From Lepidodermella squamata (lineage: Eukaryota > Animalia > Gastrotricha), in contig JBLDXI010000013.1 in NCBI GenBank assembly GCA_047495785.1, forward strand, positions 4,340,001 through 4,404,000: DNA of 64,000 nucleotides, given 5' to 3'. Within the stretch, counting starts at the first letter, position 1, and each line of letters opens with the position of its first letter. Made by a program: the position numbers and the translations under genes. The notes beneath the pieces were generated by a model that was not told the origin of the DNA, ran no database searches, and was given only the letters and a program-made list of their open reading frames with translations. Shown piece after piece: positions 48,393 through 61,952 of the stretch.

Positions 48393-51300
48393 ATGCCGCC
48401 AACGCCATCACCGCGCCAACCAGACATGGCGTTGCGCCCGCTGATCCGGCTCAGTGCAACCCCGAGCCTATCTCTTCATCGCTCAACCTCAAATCGCGCT
48501 AAATTGAGACGTGTGCTATTCGCGGCGCCTAGCAGTAAGCTGATCCGCCAGATTTTGGCCATTCTCGCCTTCGGGTCTCTGCTACTCGGCGGATTATTCA
48601 TCTACAATTCAGCGTCGAAAAAGGAGCATCATGCTCCGGGTTCGAATGAATTTCTGGAAATAGCGGCTGGCAATGATGCTTCTCTACCGGTCGTTTTTAG
48701 CTGGCAACAGGTAAACATTCGGGATTTCATTTTTTCATGTATTTTATGCAAAATGTGAAATTGGCAAAATTTTTAATAATTCAATAATTCAATTTTATCT
48801 TAGCGAAAACAAATAGACGTTGCTGACGAATTGCCCAATAGAAGACGCCGATATACTTAACCCAGACACTAGAATTCAGCTTGAGCAGTAATTAAGGTTT
48901 CGGCTCACAAGGCTCCGAGGCTCAAGGCTCAAGGCTCAAATCTCACTGATCCAGAGACTCCCAAGGCATTTTTGGATCTGTCAAAGAGGAAGAGAACAAA
49001 AAAACCTGTGAAACAGAAGAAAGGAGGCAAGGTTAGATAAATCTAATTCTCACGATTGTTACCAGCTTCCCTGTGTAAAAAACGACGGAACCACGGATTA
49101 AGTTGGATTAATTTCGCAAACCTCATCCGCGTGATACACCCCGGTGAATTCTAACCAGTTGCGCAAGGTGGTTGTGCAAGGCGTTGTTTTTACCTGAGCT
49201 AAGTGACGAATGTTCAAAGACATCTTGCTAATCAGTTCGAAGCTGTCTTAGTTGCCACTCGCCTATATGCCGACTCGTATTCCAGCAACCCTAGTCTCAT
49301 GCAAGCCTTGAAAGTGGCATACGCGACTCCGTCAACGGTTCGCACGTCTTCGTAGCTTTGAGAGCCAGGAACCAGGAACATGATAGATCAGCATTCTCAA
49401 ATAGAGCAGTTCGCCTTGCTGAGGGGAGACTTGAAAAACTCGGCCGACACTCAAGCCTTGTGTACGCGGATGCCATTTATTATCCCGAAACACGTGAGCT
49501 TGAGGAAATTATGGGTAAAGAACCTTGGTAGCATGCCGATTCTTTGAGCACAGCATAGCGAGTCGCGACCGCTGCAGCCGCCAGATCGGCGACGGCTTCA
49601 GCGCCCGCCTTGATTTAGGTCAATTCCGCCCGTAGAGCAGTTGCGTTAAGTTTCCTCGCGACTCACTAACGATCTGATCAAATAATTAGCATCGTTATCA
49701 CCACGAGGCACTAAGACCTATAGACTTCGGCCATAACTTAATGCGAAAATATCCAGTACTTACGAACGCCCTGATGAGTTGCGGGTGTAAGCGGGCTGGG
49801 GAGTCTGCGGTAATACCGCATTTGTCGGAACACTGTAAAACATCTCTGGCTATATAGCAGTTGGTATTTAGCCACTTTGGGTAATTACTGTTTCACAATT
49901 TCGAATAAAATAGGATAAATAGCCAAATATATTTAACTTTGAGAGGAATCCAATTAATGTTCCATATTTTGCTTTAATGATAATTACAGGATGAAACATA
50001 CCCATTTAATATGGGACTGCGATAGCTTTTCTTTCAAGAGTGAGAAAAGAAACGTTGCGCAAAACAGCAGCCTTGCTCATTTTAAAATACAAATTGTTCG
50101 TTAATTACCCAAAATAATTTCATTTGGGTAAATAGCCCGCGTAAAATAATTTGAAGGGCTAAATAGGAGTTCTATGGGGGGTTTTTATCCAAACAACTAT
50201 ATGGGCTCGAGTGGCTAATTAGCGGATATATAGCCAGAGATTTTTTCAGTGAAGCTAATCGGACCATTTCCGTGTGTATGGACGTTCATGACTCCGCGAT
50301 CAAGTTAACCACCGTCTAATACGAGGCCTGCTGGCGTTTGCCCGTTTTCGTAAAAGTTTGCTCGCCATTTCGCAGCCAATTCTTCCACAGCCGCGAAAGA
50401 GCTATGCCTTGAACGGGCGATTTATAACCACGTCAAGCGGCTGCAGCAGCGGTATCCTTCCGCCAGGAATTACGACTTTGGCCATGCGGCATTTTGTCAG
50501 TATAATACTTAGTATGATAGCATGAACTGGTGCATCCAGAGGAGCCGTTTCAACGTTAGGTTTAGGGTTTGAAATTGAAATGGAATTTATTTCGAAATTT
50601 CCCCCATCATTAGAAGAAGTCAATTCTGTTTTAGTCACCACGATTTGACTGCGTGAAATAAGCTACTTTTTCTATTTTAGGTAGCAAAGTTGGTTGATTC
50701 ATTCGTCTGCGATAAATTCAAGCCGCACCGAAATGCGTCCGGCCATGAAATTCCTCCCCGGGAGAAGAACTGCCAAGCCCCGTTGGAGCCATTCGACACT
50801 TCAGCATTTCTACACCGCCCATCCGGAACCGAATTGCTGCCATTCTCTCGAATGCTTCTGCTAGTCCTATTCAACCACCCTCATGCCGAAACAATTCCAT
50901 TCGTCGAAATGCTGTACCGGCCATTTTTCCCGCATATCGTCTATTGCCTGCCTGATCGAGCTGATGACCCAGAAAAATTGGCGAAATCTGCGCAAAAACC
51001 AGTGTTCGACCGAACGTCGCACAATTTACCGCTATTTCGCGTGTTAGGGTCGACTTTTTTCATGGATGTTGACATTGTGACGTACTCTCAGCCGTTTATG
51101 AACAGAATGGCTGGTGAGAATAACTACGCTTGCTTTGTCGAGGTCGCACGGCGGTTGTTGTTAGCTCCGACTGAAAAACCGACATCGAAAATGTCGCTGA
51201 AAACCGATCAATTGAAAGCGTCTGATTTTGACGGAATTCTAGTCTCAGCCGATGATTTATTGGTGCATGTGTGGAATCTGGCGAAACCGGGTTATGATAT

Positions 51301-54300
51301 CGCTAAGCCTTGGTTGATGGATAGGCCCATTCGGGTGTACGATGTCAGGGCCGAGAAGGAGTGTTCGGTGGACGAGCCGCCCCAGGATGTGTTGACGAGT
51401 CAGTATGTCGGTTTCGATCAACAGGTGGCGGCGAATTGTGACCAGGATGTTGATTGGCAGTGGTTTCGATTATATGCCGTTGAAATGGGTAAGTATTAAC
51501 ACCACCTGACAATTATAACCAAGACTTATGACCTGGAAATTCCACATTTGAGCGGTTATAAAATTATTTCTGATTTTCATATTAATTTGTGGGCCGATAA
51601 TTTTTTTCGCGGCAAATATTAAGAATGAATAAGAAACTGTTTTATTGCTACAAGCGAGTATCAGTGTTCATTTTCGGCCAAGGTCCTTGTAGTGACCGCA
51701 AACATTCAGCAACTGCACAGTCTTTTTTCGTCTTGGCGTAGAATTTTTGAACTCGATTACAAGCTTTCGGACGCGTTCGATCGCTTTTTTGCTATCTCAA
51801 GGCAAGCCAGGCTTGGCGGAAAAGGGTCGATGGTAGTTTTGGTTCCTCGGCGAATTCGCGCTCGCTTTCTCGTACAAACCCACAAGTTCATTTTGAGTAA
51901 CCTCCTGAATAAAAATCAGTATAATTGATTGTTTGAAAAAGAATTGGTACCTCGATAGCTATTGACCGCAAGTAAAACGTTCCGCAGTTTAACTCTGCGT
52001 TTAGCCGGGAGTTGCAGAGAGATGACAGTTTGCGATAACTCAGTCATGAGTTGCTCGTCGGTCATTGCGGCAGCTGCCCCAGAATCAACTTTACGCTGCT
52101 TACCGGTTACCTGGGTGACTGTGCGCTATTGGAAGCCATGATTAGAGAAAATTGGAAAAAATCGAGTCAAGTCATTTTGTTTCCTGTCAATCAAGTCAAG
52201 TCAAGTCAAGTCAAAGTCGACTTAACAGCCATAATCCATCGATAATTGATCAGAATGACTTTTCTTATCCAAAAATACCAATATTTACTGAGTATAGCAG
52301 CATGAAACTGAACGACATGTTAGCATTGGGTAGCTTCAAGGCCTTGACTTCATCCTATGTTGGCGAAAATTTGGTGGAATTTGACCGGTCTAAAAGGTAC
52401 GGCCCTTCATCGTATTCGAAACAGCGTGGCCAATTGTCGTTCAGTGGGTTAATTTATGGCTGATGGCATATCACCTGAGCCGGCATAGAATGCAGCGGCG
52501 TATACGGCGGAAGTTTGGTGTTGCATAGTTAGCCTTGTGCTGTTCGTATAGGTGATTTTAGCGAACCATTTCGCCACCTCGACCATCGCGATAACCACGG
52601 TTATGGAAGTTACGGTTAAATGAAGACATCAAGCAGTTTTTACAAAAAGAATCTAAAAACTAAGGTACAATCAATTGTAGCACTGGTACCTAATTCCCTT
52701 TAACGGCCCCGTTGTTTTCATGGTAGTACTACCTAAGTACCGCACGGGCAAGATCAGTTAGGATTTTTCTTTAGATTTATTACAGACGAGCTGTAAACCG
52801 GAAATATAGAAAAAGCGCTATCCTGTGCGCATGATTGAAAAAAATGAAATCCTTGCTCGAAATTAATTCGTAATAAGGAATAAAGGAAGGGAAAACCTGA
52901 CAGCGGCACCCATAGGTGAAACAATATTCGATTAGAACTCCGTTTCTCGTTATCATCAATGGGTGAGGGTTTTCGGATTCAGCATCGTCTTTTGATCCGT
53001 TCAAATCAACCCGCTGCAGCTGAAAGCCCGTTCAGATGCCGCTGGCGTTTGAAGCAGCCAAATCGCCACGCATGCGAGTGTTGACAAGACTTTCAGTCGC
53101 TCGCCTCGCCTATTCAGTCCGTCTTTCACGGAACCGATGGGAACAATCAAGGCGTTGTACTCGTCCCTCTCTTGTTTTCTGGTGAAAGTCCGATGGCTCA
53201 GGATGACATCAGGCAGATACGTATCTATCAAAAAATCGTCATCACCACACCCGCGGGAATTTTCTTGCTTGAAGGTTTGGAAACGCAAGGCCAACCCTCC
53301 GTTGGCAAAAGTCCAGTTTTGCCATTGCTGCAGCCTGTCTTCAGTCGTTTGAAAGCGGTGGGAATCCCAGGCCAACCTCGCGTTAGGGTTGAGATACGTC
53401 GTGATTCAGTGAAGTTCGTGCACAGTAAACTTATTGGAAAATGAAGCCGTACCAACCCGGGAATCGGAAATGTAGAGCTATAGACTTGAATTAATCTTTC
53501 GAATTGTTTTGGCTTTTGGAACATTTTTTATAAACCTTCAATTCATGACATCTTACATTCATTATTTTTAGGCGAATTCGCGAATGAAATGGAACGATTT
53601 GCTCTTGAATCGCGCCTATTCGGCGACTGCCATCATCGGCTTCGCGAAGCTCTCGGCGGTTCCACCCGGCGGTTTGTTGGAAACGGCGGTGCTGGAGATT
53701 TCTACTACGTGCCTTCCGCTTTGCTGCTGCAGTCCCACGATGTGCTGTCTCTCATGGCCGCTCACAATATTTTTGGTAAGCCGCTTTGTTCTATATCATT
53801 GGTTTTGTCAAAATATGTGGAATGTGAATTTTTTATAATTGCTAAAAGATCGTAAAATCCTAAATTGAAGGCACTGCCTTATCTGGTTCTCAACCTCCAC
53901 CTTGAATACCCTTTTCGAATTCGGTCGTATGACATTTTTGCCCACGACTTTTCAGGCCTGACTTTTAAGTCCTGTCAATTGAGCCAGAAGACAATTCAGC
54001 GAGCGACAGAGTGGTTATCAGCAATTTTTACGAAAATAAGGCTGTATAATGTCAACATCGCTGTTGTTTCACCGGGCTTGAATGTGAATGTGGATGTTGG
54101 TTGATACCAGTTGTGGAAATCCTTCATTTTCGGCGAGTTCCGATCCAGAGTCTGAATTGCCACCATCCTGTAGTCTCAGCTTGATGGTTTCCATTGAGAA
54201 GTCATATCTTTGTTCGGATAATTATAAATATAGGGGGAATTTAGCCTGATATATACGCCGCCTACAGAGAGGGCATTGCGAGTTGACATCGCTTTCGCCC

Positions 54301-56888
54301 AGCACAGTTCGAACCCAGCAGCTTTTGGCAGCTTTTGCAATAAATATGCCCGCAAATTAGCAGTGTGGGATGCCTTGCGGCGGACGAGGCATTCCAGGAA
54401 CGGTCGGAGATCTTGGGCTTCTTAGGCGCTTTGAGCGGTAGTCCCATTGGTCACAAAGGGTTGCGCGCTAACGCCATTTACTCGCACAGTGGCTATGCTA
54501 TCCCTATATAATGCCTTGATGTTATCGATAAATTGTGAGAATCTCGTGTCCACGTCGCAGTCAGGTCCGTCCCATCAAAACATGTGAAGCCTGTTCATAC
54601 TTTCAGCCGCGGCCACAAAAGAAATTTCGCCGGCATTTATCGACAAATTTTTCCGACTTTCGATCAACTACTAATAATTTTTATTATTAAGCCAATGCTA
54701 TGTTTTGATATAAATGCATTAAGTAACAGTAGTGAGTGGCGATGGTGCAAGGCGAGGAGCAGCTTGAAATAGAACGACTTTCTTATTAGGATTACCTGCC
54801 ATACACGCGTAGAAAATGTACAGTTACAGCAGTTATATTGGTCAACGAACTTCAGCAACACTACGAGCCTCTTCGATACAGCTCAGTTTAGTAAATTTGG
54901 TGAACTTGGGACACTCCCGTTCGAAAATTTGCTGTGATAATCTTTTCTCGGCCATGCGATGAGAAGCTAATTTTGCAGCGGAGAAAGATATATTTTGATA
55001 ATTATAAAATTCTTTCCTCTTCGTAGGACAAAGCTCACTTTCTAGACGCATACTCCAAAGAACCCTAGCAGAACCAACAATTCAATTCAGATATTATAAC
55101 ATTTCTCAATTGAGATACGGTTTCCATATCAGCTATTGGCGAGAAAGTTAATTGAACTATGCGTCCGTCTGCTTCCGTCACCAGCCTGGCCAACGGTAGC
55201 CTTGGCGATCCAGCGGAAGTCTTTCTCAGATGGAATAATAGGCCGACTAACATCGAACTGCTAGTTTTTATGTGACATGTTGGGATTAGATTCCCGCTTT
55301 CCGCAATTGCAAATTTAGCCGTCTCAGAGTATTGTAGCCATAGATCACTCCGTTCTCTAAGATTGTAGCCATCCTGAGGAACAGGCATTTGGTCTATTTG
55401 ACTCGGACAAGAGTCAGGATAAAGGCGTGCGTGCGTCGCTTGGTTGATTAGCCGATAGCGAACTTGAAATGCAGCGGCCAGAGCTGGACAACCTAGGAGC
55501 GAGGTGGCTTCATCGTAAACGACTTCAACCTTCGCCTTCTCAGGACCTCAACTGGCTCGAGGCGCGGTTGGGGCGCAGGAAACTTTCTCTTAACAGCTAC
55601 GACGGTTTCGGATAAGTTCTCAGCTGCATTCAACATGACGGCAGGCATGTGTGCACATTCGAAGGTTGTCGAAGGAAAACTTGATAACGTAGCAATCTTT
55701 AATCGAGTATGATGACAATACTTTGGCATTGACGCTGCCGCGATCAAACTCGATAACTTTGCCATCCTTAACAAATCTCCGATTATGTATCAACCATCCT
55801 TCCTAGCTGACTGCTTCATCATCGGAAAGCGCCTCAGCCCAGCGTAACGGAACTGGGCGGTCGCGTGATGTCATTAAATTGGTTGGGCAATAGCAAAAGT
55901 ATAAAATTAACGTCCAGAATATCCACGCAACCAAGCTGAACTATAGCGGTTGCCAGATAGGTGTTCGTATCGGGACGCTCTGCTCTCTGTCGTGACTGAG
56001 CTACTTGTAAATCGCATGAAGCTTCATTAGCGCCATGATACAGTCTGTCATTTTTCAAACTGTGGGTGACAGACACTAAGAGAATAAATTAACCGGCCTG
56101 AGGTTCGCTAGTCGAGTTCGGCAACGATTTGGCAAACTCGCAGATAGCCTTGATTTCGCCATTATGGCGATCAAGGAAGGCTCAATAGCAGAGCTGAAAG
56201 TAGAACATTAAACCTGCCAGGAATTGAGCTAAAAGTGGTTACAAATTTGGCGCTCGCTCGCGCGTATTAAAGTAGAGAACAAGGAAAGATTTTGACTAAA
56301 CTGACGTCCCTTCATCGGCTATGACCGATACATCCAGTTGGTGGCGTTGAAGACACGACCTTTCTCGGTATTTACACTGATTCAAGAGCTTGTGCAAATA
56401 CTTTTCGCCATATTTTAACTCATTGAAATCGAACTTATGGGCTATAAATTTGTCGGACATCAAATCCGGGTGACTAACTCGAGAGCTGAAACAATTCAAA
56501 TTTGTGAGTCAATTTTTTTATTTATATTAATTTAAATTTTTTAGTTGAAATTGCTGTTCCGACGGCTATCCGATGCCTGGTCGCCAATTCGAGTACCGAT
56601 GTTGTCCACGTCCAAGGCGAGGGCATGAACTGGGCCTACGCTCGTTCACGTGACCGGCCCTGGTCGGCCTACTCGGCCGCGTCCTCACTCTTACTGCCTT
56701 ACTACCACCCGTTGAAAGTCGCCGAGCTGTTGATGCCACCGCCCGCCAATCAAAGCCCGTCATCGGCGATTCGAGCCAATGATCTGGCGTGTTTTGTCTG
56801 CCAGACGATTTTGCCAAAATTCGACTGGTTTCGGCAGTATGTTGCTGCGAATAACACGCCGCCTTTAGCTAAACCACCATGGTTGTGA
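48393..56888 (+). CDS. Type II membrane DUF288/STELLO-like putative glycosyltransferase
   Basis: Exons 48393-48710, 50681-51488, 53572-53775 and 56545-56888 join in frame. TM helix; LLLVLFNHPH..LYRPFFPHIVYC, SADD, DFYYVP, FVEIAVPT and YHPLK. Family assigned from remembered motifs. Confidence 0.72.
49200..49560 (-). mobile_element. Degenerate Helitron Rep/helicase fragment
   Basis: Minus strand reads, with frameshifts, KWHPR..VGRVFQVSPQQGELLYLRMLIYHVPG..SYEDVRTVDGVAYATFKACMRLGLLE. This is the conserved segment between Rep and Pif1 in Helitrons. Confidence 0.8.
49831..50251. mobile_element. Non-autonomous DNA element with CACTG termini (EnSpm/CACTA-like)
   Basis: CACTGTAAAACATCTCTGGCTATATA / TATATAGCCAGAGATTTTTTCAGTG, flanked by AA on both sides (2-bp TSD). 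Confidence 0.65.
50300..50560 (-). mobile_element. pogo/Tigger DDE transposase fragment
   Basis: VVIPGGRIPLLQPLDVVINRPFKA, followed by a stop. Confidence 0.8.
52190..52214. repeat. (TCAAG)n short tandem repeat
   Basis: Directly visible. Confidence 0.85.
53001..53375 (-). mobile_element. hAT transposase C-terminal dimerisation domain remnant
   Basis: LKVLSTLACVAIWLLQTPAASERAFSCSGLI resembles the hATC motif P.L..LA..LL..PA.S..ERxFS. Confidence 0.7.
54250..54400 (-). pseudogene. Frameshifted RING-finger (C3HC4) remnant in an intron
   Basis: Across frames: FLECLVR.. / PTLLICGHIYCKSC / SQCPLCRR. Confidence 0.6.
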
Positions 56889-59149
56889 AAATTTTCCATT
56901 TTATAGTTTCATTATTTAATATTTTACTGAAATAAGCTCATTTACTTAACTTCAAACCATACTGGCAAAAAGTTGTGAAAATGTTGAATTATTTTTCTTT
57001 GTCTTCCAAATCTAAATTGCAGCCGATTCGTCTCCGAAATAGGTGCTAAAATCTAAAATTTTTAAACTTGAAATCACGTTTTCACTCTCCTTAATTTGGA
57101 TTCGCCATTTACTGCTTTGCTTTACGGTGTTTTTATATCTGCTCAGCCGTTATTGTTGTCTTTTTTACCTGTTTTTAATGTTTTTCTCAGAGCAATAAAA
57201 TGCGAAGAATTTTTGCAAAGAATATATGGTAGATATAAGCTTGAATGCAAAAATCAGGGTTCCGTTGTGATAGCTTATGGGCAGAGCAGGTCGGGGTGAT
57301 ATTATGGGTTGGGGTGGATTTAAGCGACCAACGCAGCGATTGTAATTCTTGCATGCTAACCTGCATGATCTAATTTCCCAAATTAGTGGATAGCGAATAG
57401 TGGACAGTGGATAAACACTAGTATTCTGACAGAATTGAAAAACTTCCCAAGCCTGTTTTAGGCAAAGAAGTCATCATTTTTCCAATGTAGATCGTGCGAC
57501 AAGACAAATTGATTAGATTGAGACGCAAAATCCGAAGATGCTTGTAGAATGGGCTCACACCGTTCGTTGCCAAATCTGAAAGAATTTGAGTGGTTTCTAT
57601 CAAATTCGGGTCTTTCTCGAGATTTTATGTCATTTTCATAACAGTGTCAGTCAATACACAAAACAGCACTGTGAATACTACTTGATAATCTCACCAAACA
57701 TGGCCGGGATGTAATGCTTCCGGTAGAATTTAATCAAAATATCCATGTTCGCAGCCCATAGATCATTACGAGATACTTGGATGACGAGCCAGTCGACGTC
57801 ACATACCAAAAGATTGTGTTTCCTACCAGTCAACCAACCAGTCCTACCAGTCCTACCAGTTTCGACCAGTACAATACAGTTGGCTCTGTACTTGACGAAT
57901 ATTGCACTTCGGGACTCTTCACAAGACAAGATAGTCGATAGATCTCTTTACTCTCTTTCCGTCAATAAGAACTTCGCCACAAACAGTCGCAGGTTTCGAA
58001 TTGTCGATTAGACGTAAAATGGAATGGCCGTGTGAGGCTGGTCTCGTTATTGTTAAAAGACAATTATTCGTATTGTATCAAATTTTATTTAAGTATCAGG
58101 TTGAAATATAAAACAACCTATCATTAGTAATAAGGGTTATCAAGCTGTGATTAAAGATAGGTGGCGTAGATGGTAATGATAGAGAGGCGGCGTTCTGACC
58201 AGCATAGGCTAATTGCAGTAATGTGATGGGGCGACGACCCGGTTTATAAGGTCGATGAACAATCGGGTTAGCACACACAGGTAAGCCTGCGTTTCGGCGC
58301 GAATAGCTATGTGCCTAAAGAATTGAATGTATTTCATTTTATAATATTTACGAATGAAAGACGGTTCGAGTTGCGCCTTACAGGCCGCGCATGAGATCCG
58401 GAAGATGATTTGTTGTTCTATCTTTTATTATCGTCTCCAGCTCGCGCTTATGGAAGATGACTTGCAGTCTCGTCAGCCTCTCTTCAATACTTCTTCTTCT
58501 TCCCCTGCAGATGTAACTGTAGATGGAGATGGAGAATGGTGTTCTCTAATTGCATGATTGCAGCCAGGACTTTGGCACGTAAAGACCGTTTGTGCCATGC
58601 ATTAACAATCGATTTTCGTATCGAAAAGTTCAAAGCAAAGTTCATCTTTTTGAAGACCGTTAAATTTCCAATGTGTACGCATAACATAGTATGCTTTGTT
58701 ATTCGGCGTACCACCCAAAGCCTCATATAGACGCCTCGTTGGTAGACGGTCTACAAGGCCTACAATGAAAACACTGACTGTTCACAATCTTGTAAGTACA
58801 GCTGCAAGGTCATCTCGATCATAAATTGTTGGCCAGGCAAGAAAAAAACCGTATTCCTTGAACCTTGAAACCTACGACGCGGGCACTGAACTAAAATCAC
58901 CCTGACTTGTGAGGATGTGTCTTTGACCGCCCGAATACCGTCGTATGCCATTGAATTATAAACTTGGCCATAAGCTTGGTTTGGGATGCTCGAAGTTTTT
59001 GCACTAAGCGCCCAAGAGCTCGAGCTTGACACCCCTTGTGCATCAATGATTTGCAACGGCAGGCAACTCTCTAAGCGGTACCATTGTCATATAGTGCATA
59101 GCACCAGTATAATCAGTTGATCATAGTTTCCAGTATCGAAACGGTGATG

Positions 59150-59262
59150 GGGCGCATATCTCAAAAATTGCATGATATGCCGAGCTTTCTAACACAGCCA
59201 GCCATAGCCAAGAATTGGCAATCACCTCGTCTTGGGTTGTCAATGATTTCCAGGTTGTTTAT
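59150..59262 (-). pseudogene. Possible degenerate OTU cysteine-protease fragment
   Basis: LEIIDNPRRGDCQFLAMA resembles the OTU catalytic loop (DGNCxFxA). Surrounded by stops. Confidence 0.3.
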
Positions 59263-59556
59263 GCGGGCAGCAGCACGTAACTAGTCCTGGTTGCAAGGGA
59301 TGGGGAATGTTTGAAACTTGACAAAGAGAATTAAGAAATCCTGATAAATTGGCCCTGCCGGGTATAATAATACCGAAAATTACCAAGCCATTTACATTTT
59401 TTCCGGGTTTTCTTTGGTAACTCAGCTGAGAATGCAACGAGAATTAGTGGTATGGAGATAGTAACTATCCTATTTGTTACCTTATTTTCTTAGATGGTTA
59501 TGGAACTTTAAATGTTGACGTTATGCCGATATTTGACCAGAACAACTCGTTCCATA

Positions 59557-60535
59557 ATGTCTGATTGCGCGAATAAGCGGCCGGTGAGATATCGCCATCT
59601 TTAATGAAATTGCCTAACATATATTCTCCGTTGGCAGATGTCTACTGAAGCAGATGTGGCCGCAGTCGATAAACCTGTTCAAAAGAAGTCAAAGCCAGCT
59701 CCGAAACCGCCAAAAACTGAAACAATAACTGCTGAAGAGCTAAACGACGCTGAACCTTACGTTGAAAATGGTTATTATTCAATTATAATTACTGTGTTCA
59801 GCTTCCAATTTTTTGTCCGTATGTAGGCTTGCGGAAAGTTCGACCCTATTTCTATACGTTTCAAGTCTATGTGAAAGAGCGCTGGTTTGGTAAGAAGTTG
59901 ATTGATGTCATGACGACTGAGTTCCGGACAGATTTGTTCTATAACCATGTAAGGAAAATGTGTACCAATTACTTTGAGCATTCACCAATTTTGCGTTTAT
60001 TCAGCGTACTTCAATCGAATCTGGACGACTTACTGTAAACCGGAAAAGCGCCTCGCCTGATTACATTTTGAAAAATGGCGATGTCATTCACCACCGTGTT
60101 CATAGGTTTTGATTGTTACGCATGGCTATTCGCATCTTTAATTTTTGCGTGATTATTCTTTTAGACACGAGTGTCCAATTTTAGCCGATCCCATTGAAGT
60201 TATTGCGAATACTGACGATTTGGTTGTGATTAACAAGCCGTGCTCGATTCCGGCGCACCCTTGCGGCAGATATCGCCACAATTCCGTCACATTTATGATG
60301 GGCAAAGAACACGGAATGACCAATTTGCGAAGTAAGTGTTATGATTAACGCTATGGAAATCATCGCTACTCTGAAAAAATGGCCATCTTTCAGTTTTGTA
60401 TCGCCTTGATCGGCTTACTTCTGGCCTTATGATGTTCGCGAAAAGCTACGCGACTGCGGAAAAAATGCATGGCCTCATGGTGGATCGAGCTTTCAGGAAA
60501 ACTTACGTTTGCAGAGTTGCTGGCCGAGTCAATTG
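59557..60535 (+). CDS. RPUSD2: RluA-family pseudouridine synthase, 5' part (remaining exons beyond the window)
   Basis: Exons 59557-59583, 59638-59770, 59827-59948, 60005-60105, 60165-60331 and 60394-60535. Motifs ENGLRKVRPY, KERW, HRHE, VVINKPCSIPAHPCGRYRHNSV and YRLDRLTSG. Confidence 0.88.
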
Positions 60536-61069
60536 GTAACTATATTTAGTATTTCGTTCAAATATAAGGAAATTCTTCGAATAGCCCATTGAGATGTCTC
60601 ATAGGCAACTAATAGCCGCACGTAGAGTTAGTCTCTATTGCGCAATCGATATGGATTTCGAAGTTCCACCTATTCAGGAGTCTTTATTTAAACTAAGCAC
60701 TTGGATAAATTTCATTTTTAATCCATCGTCGGACCTAGAGGCGATGATATATGTCGCAATTGTCGAAATTCCGCGGATTTCGATAAAATTGCCTCCAATC
60801 TCATTCCACCAAATTGTTTCTCATTTCCCGTAGGAAATCGGATTTCCTCTTGTCTAGAGGGATTTTAATTTGTTCATTTGTTCTTTTTCTGTGAATTCTT
60901 CTGTGCCCTCATTCGGCTTGGGAGAGGTCTAATGCGAATCTCGAAACCTTCTCATTTCTAACTTTCGAGGATCATTTCATTTTAGGCTAACATTTATATA
61001 GGTGATCAAAAATAAGATTCTTAGTATCTTGAAAATTTATTCATGGCCAATAGTTCAGAAAAATAGATG

Positions 61070-61500
61070 AACATTGATCTGATAATAAAAACGCCAAGCG
61101 ACACCCTAAATTTAAAGTTCCAGCACTAAATTTCCCATGAATATGATTTTTCGAGTTTCTGCTCTACACTAGGATCTCACATTTTTTGTTATACATAATA
61201 TCTAACTGATAGACCTTCATATTTTACGCGTAATTCACGCTATGAGCGAGCGGTCAGTTTATACGATTTATACTTCATCCTATAGAGCCGGTATCGATTC
61301 CAAGTATCGATTTTACAAATCAGTGGTTTTTCCGATATCAGTCGTGTGACCCAACATCGATAATTTTTCTACGTAGCTTAGGGCTTGTGTCGCTAAAACA
61401 AAAAGCCTAGGTTCATAGAGAGCATCGGTATCGATCAAAAAAACGAAAACACTGAAATCGCAAAGAATCTTGAATATTTAGCGTCAGGACGCCAGAACCT
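61070..61500. repeat. Dispersed intronic repeat family, copy in RPUSD2 intron
   Basis: Same core as the copies at 16350 and 31568. Confidence 0.8.
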
Positions 61501-61952
61501 CGTGGGGCAAATTTGTTGACAAAATAAGAATTATTTGAAAAAGCCCTGTTTTGCATAAATTTTAGACAAGTAATTGATTTTTCGACGCCGTTGAAATAAT
61601 TGCCAAATGCCGTATTTGTTTCAATTTTCAATAGTAGCCCAGCTTATAATTGCCCATTCCTAATGCATGGTAAATTTGAGGGACCAAGCTGGCTCGAAAA
61701 CATAAAATGAAATATTTACGAAAAATGTTTAACATTTTCAAAATTTCAAGGTAGAAGTAGCCTGAGCTGCTATTCGAAGAAATACGGTAATTACGGTAAT
61801 TAGGAAGTGATAGATTCACCCATCTACTCGAAGAGTGAAAACTGTAAGGCATCGGGAAAGTCGTAGGTTAGGTCTTTCAAATTTAAATATCACAGAAAGA
61901 AAGGTCGAGTTATTATCATCTGAATCTTAAACTGGGCTCTTGCTAGCCGGAT

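Noticed and set aside
57400-59100. Short ORFs upstream of RPUSD2
   Set aside because: Many stops and no supportable gene model; probably decayed TE or pseudogene sequence.
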